Origin: Selaginella moellendorffii
Lineage: Eukaryota > Plantae > Lycopodiophyta
NCBI RefSeq assembly: GCF_000143415.4
Contig: NW_003314267.1
Coordinates: forward strand, 2,459,839-2,523,838
DNA: 64,000 nucleotides
Direction: 5' to 3'
The notes below the pieces were generated by a model. The model was not told the origin of the DNA, did no database searches, and saw only the letters and a program-made list of their open reading frames with translations. Below, in pieces: positions 12,096 through 21,808 of this stretch. The number at the start of each line of letters is the position of its first letter. Within the stretch, counting starts at the first letter, position 1. Position numbers and translations under genes: made by a program.

Positions 12096-12946
12096 ATGAA
12101 GCTAGCTATTGTTCTAATAGTGATTCTCAGATTAGCAGATTTGACTGTTCAAGCAGATGTAAATTGGGATGCTCTTACACTTTATGGTTTTATTACTAGA
12201 AGTGATATTAATGAAATTGGAAAGTTTTTAGTGGATATGATGGATACTAAAATCGAAGAAACATATAAATACTATAATGCATTTACTTGGACTGAAACTC
12301 TTTCTTTATCAAATAAAGTTATTGAAATTACCATATGGATATACAGTAAAAATCCTAATGGGATGTGTAATATGGCATGGAGACAGTCAGGGATAGGGGC
12401 ATCAGGAGAAGAAATTATTGGAAAACTTAATCAGCTTTTATTTGATATCTTAAAAGAAGCTCGAGTGGGAAATTATGGTCTTATAGCTGCTACTTTGGAT
12501 TATGTTGGTATAAAATACAAACTATTAAATGCTAGAAGATATAACCCTATGAGTATCGCTGCAAATAATAATAAAACTTATATAAATACAGCTGTTAATA
12601 ATTGTTGGATTTACAGGTCTACACTTATGAGTGGTGAAAAATTTGAGATAGGATCCTATTTACTCAATTTGAATTCACTAGTTTCTCCAAATGGATATTA
12701 TGAATTAACTCTTCAGGAAAATTGTAATTTAGTGTTAACATGGAAGAGAATGCATATTTTATGGGAAAGTCTGACCACTAACAAAGATATTGATTGCTAG
12801 TTACTTTTAGAGACAAGAAAATTAGTAATAAAAGATTATAAAGATGTAGACATATGGTTTATAGATATTAATTGTCAAAGTTGTAAATCAACAATACTAT
12901 CTATAGATGATGATGGATTTGTATATATAATTGGCTCAAATGATAA
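12096..12946 (+). pseudogene. Secreted protein: unknown N-terminal domain plus bulb-type (B-)lectin domain, in-frame TAG at 12798
   Basis: Signal peptide and SLVSPNGYYELTLQENCNLVL...LWES. Past the TAG the frame continues LLLETRKLVIKD...IW...LSIDDDGFVYII (further B-lectin subdomains) until GC-richer foreign sequence starts near 12947. Confidence 0.75.
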
Positions 12947-13067
12947 TGTTGCTACTGGCATGCTGATAGTGACAAATGATGAAGTCAAGGGGAGGATTCA
13001 AGTGGTAAGTGGTAGTTATTCAATTGATGGTCATGCTTGAGAGGGATGGTAAATAGCAAAGAGCAAA

Positions 13068-13261
13068 TGTAAGCTCCTGAATTTGGACTTCCCGGGAAGT
13101 CACCCAGCCCAGTACTATTCAAACCCAAGAACGCTTAACCCCAAATATCCTAAGACCTTTAACTGATTGGAAAAGGGGGTGCATTCTTGTTCATGGGCCC
13201 TTTCCCTCTATATTTGAACCCCATGGATCGTCTTTCAAGTCATTCCCTTTGGTTGCTTACA
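13068..13261 (-). mobile_element. 194-bp LTR-like unit carrying a 5S rRNA internal control region (Cassandra-like)
   Basis: Ends are TGTAAGC...GCTTACA (7-bp terminal inverted repeat); contains a 5S-derived segment; no TSD (GCAAA/ATCAT). Confidence 0.65.
13085..13140 (-). other. 5S rRNA-derived fragment (A box-IE-C box), not a full 5S gene
   Basis: GGTTAAGCGTTCTTGGGTTTGAATAGTACTGGGCTGGGTGACTTCCCGGGAAGTCC aligns without gaps to the plant 5S rRNA sequence as I recall it (46/56 by eye). Confidence 0.85.
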
Positions 13262-13274
13262 ATCATGGACACGA

Positions 13275-13740
13275 AATGGAGTCCGAGATGGACCTGAGTT
13301 GGAGTCCGAGGTAGAGTCCGAGATGGAGTCCGAGAAGGACCCAAGATGGAGTCCGAGATGGACCCGAGATGGAGTCCGAGATGGACCCGAGATGGAGTCC
13401 GAGATGGACCAAGACGGAGTCCGAGATTGAGTCCGAGATGGACTCGAGATGGAATCCGAGATGGAGTCCGAGAAGGACCCAAGATGGAGTCCGAGGTCAA
13501 GACTGAGACCGGGACCAAGACCGGAACTGGGACCAAGACCGAGACCGAGACCGGGACCGGGACCGAGACCGAGACCGGGACCGGGACCGAGACCGAGACC
13601 GGGACCGGGACCGAGACCGAGACCGGGACCGGGACCGAGACCGAGGCCGAGGCTGAGACCGAGCCCGAGTCCGAGTCTAAGACCAAGCCCGAGTCCGAGT
13701 CCGAGTCTGAGCCCGAGTCCAAGTCCGAGTTTGAGTCTAA
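13275..13740. repeat. Compound hexamer-based minisatellite
   Basis: 12-bp units (GAGATGGAGTCC / GAGATGGACCCA) to about 13495, then GACCGA/GACCGG in 24-bp higher-order units, then GAGTCC units. Confidence 0.92.
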
Positions 13741-16700
13741 GAGGGTGAAAGCCCAAAGCGTTTGTCTCCCAAACCCTGGGGGGTTTGGTGAGCTCCAAAA
13801 GTATAGTAAGGGGGAGGACTGCAGTGGAGCCAGTTTGGCCAGGAAAGGCTAGTTTGGCCCAGGAAGGCTATACCCAGTGTTGGGTGATGAGTTGCCCACT
13901 GGGAAGTCCAAGACTAGAGTGAACACGGACCGATAAGCGGGGTAGCTTGGTGAAGTGTTCAAGAGCCGGCTCTAGTTCCCCTGGGAGATCGACTGGCCGA
14001 TGCTCCTAATCCAAGTGTGGGTGGCACTACCTACTTGGATACCAAGCGTGGCTCAATAGAACCTCGCTCTAAGCCCATGGCTAGAGCACCCAAGGGCAGA
14101 AGGCAGGGAGAGTACCTAGGTGGCTCGCGTAAGGCCATAGTGTTCCGAAATGTTGCCCCAAAGTCCTAGACTGTGGAAAGGAAGAGGAGCAGACCTCTGG
14201 CACAGTGACTAAGGACATATTCACATGGTGAGGAAGTCCCAGAGGGCATTAGGACTTAGTGGTTGGGCATGTGGGCCTTGACCCAGTGGTAGTGTTGGTG
14301 AACACAACCATGAGTAGGACAGGACTTGGTTGGGACTGAAAGAGGGATATTGGGGAAGGCTATTCTCCTTGTCGGTGGGAATCTGAAGGATGCTAAGGAG
14401 TGGATCTGTGATGACCATTCATGGATGGTTGGCCCAGTCTTGGAGAGGCAAGACTGTGACGCAACTGGTATTGGACCACCAGTGCAGCAAAGGTGAATGG
14501 GCATGGCCTTAGCGTAATGGGCCGATATGTCAGTGGTATCTTTGGGTGTCGGCCATGGGACCAAACACATGGAGCACTTGGACCAAGTGCAACGGTTGAG
14601 TGGCACGGATGCCATTTTTGGGGCTAGCAAGCCCAAGTACGAAATAGGACTTATGGAGATTGTGAGTGAGACTCCTCCAAGTGGTCGAAGGTGGGGTTAA
14701 GTGGCTAAAGTAGAATGGAAAATCTAGTCGCTTACACAGGGTTCTCTTGTAAATGGGCCAGGATCTGGAGGAACATAAGGAGGAGGCATCGGCAGATCTG
14801 TAGATGGCATTAACTGCTCCTGATCCCTTTGTATGAAGCGTTTCAACCGCTGCACATGCACAATCTCTAGAGGATCAGCTTGCTGGACGTCATGCCGAAC
14901 CTCATAAACTTGTGGTCCAACTTGCCACAACACCCGATACGGTCCTTTCCACTGTGCAAGGAGCCCCTTAGATAAAGCACATGCCGTAAGATGGGGAAAA
15001 CGGACTAACACCAAATCATCCACTTTGTATTCTGCAGGTGGACGATGATGGGAGTTGTAGCGCCATTGTTGTCCCACTTGTACGCGGCCTAAGTGTTCGG
15101 TAGACTCCACTCGGACAAGTGGAAGAATGCTTGTCAAATATTGATCCTATGACCTAGCATCTGCAGCTCGTGGTAATTGCGAAGGTAAACCCAGCTCCAT
15201 TGGTAATATTGGATCATGACCATATAGGAGTTTTTATGGTGAAACACCAATAGAACTCTGCACCCCAATAACATATGCATACTGAAGAGACAACAAATAA
15301 CCATCCCAATCCAAATGCTGAAAGTTCACATACTTCGCAATCATCCCCTTGAACGTCCGAACGAGCCGTTCCACCAGACCGTCTGCTTGTGGATGATAAG
15401 CACTCGTGAAAGTGTGGTGAATCCCCAATCGAGACGTCAAAACATGAAATGCCTTAGCCATAAATGCAGGACTATTATCCGAAAGAATCGGCTCTGGACA
15501 AGAATGCTGGAACACCACTCGATTAAGGAGGAAGTATCCAACAGCAGTTGCAGAGCCACTAGCAAAAGCACCAACTTCCACCCAACGAATCAAATAGTTA
15601 GAAGCAATAATAACATACTCATTGCCAGCAGTCGATCGTGGAAAATGTCCCATAAGATCAAACGCCACCAACTCAAACGGACGGGAAACTGCAATTGACT
15701 CCAACCGTCCTTCCGCAGCCCGAGGGGGAGTATTACGAGCTTGGCACCAAACGCAGCTACGCACATACCGGATAATATCACGTCGCATCTTTGGCCAATA
15801 GAAAGACCTGCATAGCTTCTCGATTACACGACGATGTCCCATATGCCCACCTAGAACAGGAGAATCATGGTAGGCATGGAGAAACCGTGGAATAAAGATA
15901 GAAGGCACCACCAGCCGTAAATGATCATCAGGATCTGTCCCCACAAAATAAAGAAGGCCATCTTCAAGACGATATTGAGAATGTAAATGCCGAAAAGGCA
16001 AGTCATCAGCAAGTGATGCAGGATTCTTAAACCCATCTCGAAGCCTTCGAATCCATGGCTCAATCTTTTGAGCCTCGCGAACCTCATCAAGCGAAGGTAA
16101 ATCTTGCTCTGCACCTTGTGGACACTAAACGTCAAGTACAGCAACTGCCGACGGCACAGAATCCTCGTTTAGAAAGTCCACAGATGCTGGAATGACAGGC
16201 TCGTCAAAAACATGAGAAGAGAGTGAAGAAGGAAGAAGAGCTCGAGAAAGGGCATCAGCATCAACCATAGAACTCCCTGGGTGGTGAATAACATCAAAAT
16301 CATATATCTGAAGCTTCAAAGCCCACCAAGCAGTACAACCAACCAAGTTCTTCCGTTTTAATAACAAAGTAACAGCAGTATGGTCACCTTCAAGTAACGT
16401 CCGAGAACCATGTAGATATGCATGAAGTTTTTCGAAACCCCAGACTGCTGCTAAACACTCCTTCTCTTTCATGGAGTAGTTCATCTCCACTGGTTGTAAT
16501 GTACAGCTTATATATGCAATGGGATGGCGCTGACCAAGCACACTCGAGCTCTCTTGCATTAACACACCTCCAAGACCAATGTCAGAAGCATCCACACGCA
16601 AAATAAAAGGTCAAGTGTAGTTAGGATATGCCAAAACCGGAGGAGTTGTCAATAACTCTTTGAGATCCCCGAACGCCCGCTCACAATTGGGAGACCAAAT

Positions 16701-19344
16701 GAAAGATGATGTTAATGACTTCAGCAACACTCGCAATGGTGCAATGCGATTAGAAAGATGATCCACAAAACGCCAGAGATACTGCACCTTGCCCAAAAAG
16801 CATTGCACATCATTCACACACTTCGGAGTAGGGAACTTTAGAACAGCCACAAGTTTGTCAGGATCAACTTGTAAACCCTCACGAGAAATACGGTACCCAA
16901 GATAAGTTGTGTCCTTGGATCCAAACACGCACTTTGACCGCTTCAGCTTTAAACCAACGTCGCGTAGCCGATCCAACACTTTAAAAACATCATGAACGTG
17001 CTCTTCCCACGTCCCCTCTGAGTGGATCAAGACATCATCAATGAAGTCAGCAGTCACCTCTGGCATATCGCAAAGAACCTTGTCCATCATCCGTTGAAAA
17101 GTTGCTAGAGCATTGTTCAAACCAAATGGCATCACCAAGAACTCATACAAACTAAATGGCGTATGAAAAGGGGTCTTAGGAATATCTTTTTCGGCCATCG
17201 GTACTTGCCAGTACCCAGAAGCAAGATCTAGCTTGGTGAACCAACGACTTCGCCCCAGACGATCCAAAAGATCGGCAGTGTGAGGAAGAGGGTACACATC
17301 CGGGATCGTTACGTCATTTAATGGACGATAGTCGATGTAGAAACGAATACTCCCATTAAGCTTCATCACAAGATGAGGTTCACATGCCCAAGGACTCCGC
17401 AACTTCCGAATAACACCCTTCTCCAACATCTCTTTGACATTTTCACATAAAATCTTGATCTCCTTTGGTGACCGACAACGAACAGGAACCTTGATTGGAC
17501 GAGCATCCCCAGTTGGAATCGGATGACGTGTGGCAATCTTGGCTCCAGACGATAGGTCAAAGTCAAAGAGATCAGAATACTCCTTCATAAGCCGGTCAAC
17601 TGCTGCAACACAAAGATCTTCGGAGGGATCGGAACAGGGAAGAGCAGAACAAGATGGAAACACATGAGGAAATAGTGGGGAAACAAAAGTAATGGAAGCA
17701 AAGGTAAAAGTGGAGGGACGAAGAGGTACAGAAGTGAGAGGAATGTATGAAACATAAGGAAGTATGAAACAAGGGGGAGAAGCCTCAAAGTCACACTTGG
17801 CATGATTGTGCTACAACCAATCCATACCAAGAATGAGGTCAAAAGCTTGACTCGGCACCACCCACAACGACTGCAACTCAAGCTCGAGATCGCCCACACG
17901 CACAACCAGGTCTGCCTTATCCCGTGCACATGCATGTGTACGGCCGTTGCCATAAAGAATGAAAACTGGTTCCGCCGCACGATGCAAGTGTAGACGACAA
18001 CATGTGGCAACAGGTCGAGCAATAGAAGATAAATTCGAACCTGTATTAACCAACACGAAGAGAATAATAGGAGACCTCTTGTTATAAAGACGAGCTTGGA
18101 AAGTAAACACTGGATGAACTGGTGCCGAGTGAACCCCTTGATGATACTCCCGAAAGAAAGATGGAGGGGTCACTGACTTATTCGCACAAGGTCCCTCCGT
18201 TACTCGCGCGACTCCTCATTTCCCGGATGCATCTCGGTGTCTAAACCTTCCACTGCAGCACCAATGGGACGTTGCTGACGCCAAGGTCTCCACCCAGGAA
18301 ATGGAGGTCGCCAATCTGGAAAACGCCGACAGCGCCGATAAGTATGACCAACTTCATCACATGCCTAACACCGAACATCACGGCCACGACCACGTCCTCG
18401 CCCTTGGCCTTGGACTGGAGCAACAGCAGTAGCATCAACCTCCATTGGAACAAGACCATCACCCACAGGAAGTGGAGCTGAAGGACGTGTAGCGAGAACT
18501 GGAAGAGGTGACATCTCATAATGTTGTGCCAAGCGAAGAGCATCGTCAAGGGTGGCAGAAGCAAGTGCATGCACAAGTCCGACAAGATCTTGACGAAGTG
18601 CTGGCCACAACATTCCTAGCTTGATCCGCTTCGACATATTTGGCTCCACACGAAGCAAAAGACTTCGGAAACGAACACCAAATTACATCATCGACTCAGA
18701 TGGCTCTTGGTGAAGACGATGCAATTGTTGGAAAGCATCATCACAATCATCGGCATGTCCGAAGGCGCGTTTGAAGACATCCGGAAGAACACTCTAAACC
18801 CTGTGAGTGGCTGCTCCCAAACCGTTGTACCACTACAACGCCGTCCCTTGGAGACACGTGGGAAACTCACGCAAACGTCGAGCATCATCCCAAAAATGAT
18901 ATATGGCAATCACCGTAAAGTGATTGAACCAATAGTACACATCATCCCCAGGATTCCCGCGAAAGAACTCCGGCCGAACGCAAGGATTAGCACCAAGAGC
19001 AGGAGGAGTTGTACCATGTGCCGTGAACACCGCCATCAACTGAGTTTGGTTGTTCAATTGCAAGCACATAGCATCAAGCAATTGTACAAACTGCTGCTCC
19101 AGAGTCAAAGGAGGAGATTGCTGATCTGCCATGGAGACGAATGAAAAAGAAAGAGCAAAAGAAGAGAAATGACAAAAAGCTAGAAGGAAATAGTAGATCT
19201 AGACAATGCAAAAAGCTAAATCTAAACCAAAATTCTGAAAGGAAAGAACAAAAGAAAGGAAATGGAAAAAGTTAAATCTAGACAATGCAAAAGTTAGATC
19301 TAAACTGAAATCCCAAATCCAAGCACTCCCCAGGGACAATCAAA

Positions 19345-19364
19345 GATGCCTCTCATCTCCACCA
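19345..19364 (-). promoter_or_regulatory. Primer-binding site, tRNA-Ala-like
   Basis: The minus strand reads TCACA-T-TGGTGGAGATGAGAGGCAT, complementary to a tRNA-Ala 3' end (...CATCTCCACCA). Confidence 0.75.
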
Positions 19365-19365
19365 A

Positions 19366-19541
19366 TGTGAGTGCTTGGAATATGGAAAGGGAATACAGAA
19401 AATGTGCATATCAATTAGCCCAAAAACCCTAGCTTATATACAGGAGCGAGTGGTCCGGATTGAAATCAATCCGAAGGCTACCAAAATCCCACTACGCTAA
19501 TATTAGTATACGGCATTGTAACCGTACACTTGGCCCTCACA
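19366..19541 (-). repeat. 5' LTR of the gypsy element (176 bp)
   Basis: TGTGAG...CTCACA termini immediately adjacent to the PBS; no second copy seen. Confidence 0.8.
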
Positions 19542-20068
19542 AAGTGATATTATATAAATTATTATAATTATATTTCTAAGATATGATATCTCTTCGCATA
19601 TTTGAATTTTAATTTTGTCTCATGGAACTCAATGCTCGGATCTCGATGCTAGCGTCTGATCCAATTACTGCCCAGTAAGCCTTAGCTTTCAGGTATTTAC
19701 ATCGCAATACCCAATAACATATGAGAATATCTTAGATACAAAATATTGTAAGAAGTATAGATTACAACACTAAGTAAAAATATGAGTTACACAAGAAGAA
19801 GATAAGTAAAATAGACTAATAATAATAAAACTTAAGCAACCTTTGAATGTACTATACTAAAAAGTGTTTAGGAATGTTTTAAATTAAAAGTATGTTTATA
19901 ATTATAAATACAAGATTAATCTCAACATTGTAGAATATCCCAGAATAATTAAAAATATACTTACTAAAATAAAGAATAAAAATTAAAAATACATAATATC
20001 TTAATTAAAAATGATATTATGAAATTTATTATAATTATGTTTTTAAGATCGCACTATTTGAATTTTAA

Positions 20069-20597
20069 TTTTGTCTCCTGGAACTCAGTGCTCGGATCTG
20101 TCACTGGAAACGGCAACTTAGAAGTGGCAGCGCGGTTCTTCGAGCGTTTTCCCGAGAAGAACGTCGTCTCCTACAACACCATGATCGCGGGGAATGCTCA
20201 GGCCGGAGAGCTAAGCTCTTGCTTCGATCTGGTGGCGAAGATGGCAATCGAGGGACTCACTCCGGACGAGCAATCCTTCTCCAGTGTTCTGGCTGCGTCC
20301 AGCCATGGCGGAAAGCTAGAACAGGGACTCCGCCACTTCGTGCTCATGAGCGGCGACTTTGGAATCACAGCTTTGAGGGAGCACTACGATTCAGTCACAG
20401 ACATCCTGGGACGGGCCAGGAACCTGGAACTCGCTCGCAAGGTCGTCCAAGCCATGCCATTTCTCCCGGATCTTCTGGCTTGGGGATCGCTACTCGGTGG
20501 CTACCAGATGCAAAGTGACCAAGGCTTCACGCAACGAGCAGCCAGGAGCGTTTTCGAGCTGGGCTTGGGGCGAGCAAACAACCATACCAAGTGGTAG
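20069..20597 (+). pseudogene. 5'-truncated copy of the PPR gene at 36152-38326
   Basis: Near-identical to the last ~175 codons of that gene (VSWNS...RANNHTKW), fused to AT-rich DNA. Confidence 0.88.
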
Positions 20598-20733
20598 ACA
20601 AATTCACGTTATATAATCGATTTTAAAATATGATCTGTATGATCAAACTACACCCTGGTTTACACTTATCATCTTCATGTACTAACAGTAGGCGCTCACC
20701 AAGTTGGCTGATGGTGGCATGTATTTAACACAC

Positions 20734-21678
20734 TCACACTGCTCTAACTTTCTTGACAACCAAGTCGCTACTAAAACCGGGAGCACTCCTCTTCACTCCA
20801 CAGCGCCTCCTGCTTTGAATCGTCTTCTTGATCTTACTGCTGCAATTCTCCACGATCCAGGGATGCTCCAGCACACCATCCAGCGTCAACCTCTCGCTCG
20901 GCTCCACAGCCAGCATCCCGCAGATGAGATCCTCCACCTCGTCTGAGAGAGGACAACCATCCGGGAGTTCCCCGGCTCGCAGCAACTCGATTTCCCTGGA
21001 TTGCTTGTAGCCTCTCAGCAGCTCATATGCGATCACTCCCAGCGCCCACACGTCGATGGCCGCAGTGTAAAAGCTCTGCGACCTTGCGTCGCCCTTGCAG
21101 CTCGTCACCTCCGGGGCCATATACTTCCCGGTTCCACAGCACTGCGACATCTCCTTGGGGTCGTCCGTGGCCACGCCGAAGTCTCCAATCACCACCTCGT
21201 GCACGGCAGTAGCGTCCAGCTTGACGAAGATGTTCTCCGGCTTGAGATCCCGGTGGACGATGCCGCTGCTATGTATCCCCTTGAGCGCCTCCGCCAGCCT
21301 CTGGATGGTCTTGGCGGCCTCCTCCTCGTCCAGCGGCCCTCCCTTGATCAATCGATGGAACAGGCTAGGACCGCACAGCTCCATCACCATGGTCCCATAG
21401 CAAGCCCCGCCGCTCCTCTCCTTCACGAAGCCCGCCAAGGAGACCACTCCAGCGCAGCCGCGGAGCTTGGACATGAGCCGGAGCTCTCTCCCGGCGTCCC
21501 TCCCCGCTCGAAACATCTTCCCGGCGTAGCTCGTGGCACCCTTGAGCACGAAAACCTGGCCCTGGCTCCCGCAGCCCAGCCTCTCGCCCCTCGTGTAGAT
21601 CTTGAGGAGCTCGGCACAATCGTCGTCCTCAAACTCAACGTCTTGGCGCACCATCGCAGAGCTTCTCCTCTCGCGCAA
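20734..21678 (-). CDS. Intronless Ser/Thr kinase (CAMK-like), copy 1
   Basis: GCGSQG, AGK, HRDLKPEN, DFG, GTGKYMAPE, DVWALG and a basic C-terminal tail; probable ATG at MVRQD. Confidence 0.88.
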   Translation of the reverse strand: MRERRSSAMVRQDVEFEDDDCAELLKIYTRGERLGCGSQGQVFVLKGATSYAGKMFRAGRDAGRELRLMSKLRGCAGVVSLAGFVKERSGGACYGTMVMELCGPSLFHRLIKGGPLDEEEAAKTIQRLAEALKGIHSSGIVHRDLKPENIFVKLDATAVHEVVIGDFGVATDDPKEMSQCCGTGKYMAPEVTSCKGDARSQSFYTAAIDVWALGVIAYELLRGYKQSREIELLRAGELPDGCPLSDEVEDLICGMLAVEPSERLTLDGVLEHPWIVENCSSKIKKTIQSRRRCGVKRSAPGFSSDLVVKKVRAV

Positions 21679-21808
21679 GCTTCCTTGAGATGAGAAAATA
21701 AAAAGGGTAGAAACCCTAGCTTCTCATAACGACTATTTGTCGACGGTTGGGATGGCGTTCTACCGACGGCTGAGATGTGACTGCGATCTTAATTGTTTAT
21801 TGAATATT

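Larger units (their letters stand above)
14724..19541 (-). mobile_element. Decayed Ty3/gypsy LTR retrotransposon, non-chromovirus (gag-PR-RT-RH-IN-GPY/F)
   Basis: Gag from 19132 with a CCHC remnant, protease LVNTGS, RT (LDLASGYWQ, FIDDVL), RNase H (DASDIGLGGVL), integrase HHCC plus YHPQADGLVER, and WKGPYRV tail without chromodomain; several stops and frameshifts. Confidence 0.95.

Noticed and set aside
13085-13140. Functional 5S rRNA gene
   Set aside because: Only 56 of ~120 nt are present; the 5' half and 3' end are missing and there is no tandem array.
13235-13852. Dipeptide-repeat ORFs as real proteins, or the repeat as a CRISPR array
   Set aside because: They arise from stop-free hexamer repeats; there are no unique spacers and the context is eukaryotic.
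14661-14720. TGTGAGTG as the start of the gypsy 3' LTR
   Set aside because: The match to the 5' LTR stops after 8 bp and there is no CTCACA end or PPT.
20019-20597. New gene with a hydrophobic leader fused to a PPR E domain
   Set aside because: The ATG lies in AT-rich non-coding DNA and the sister copy is already frameshifted.
21001-21693. 230-aa antisense ORF over the kinase, and similar ORFs over PPR and YUCCA
   Set aside because: Shadow ORFs of GC-rich coding sequence with no recognisable motifs.
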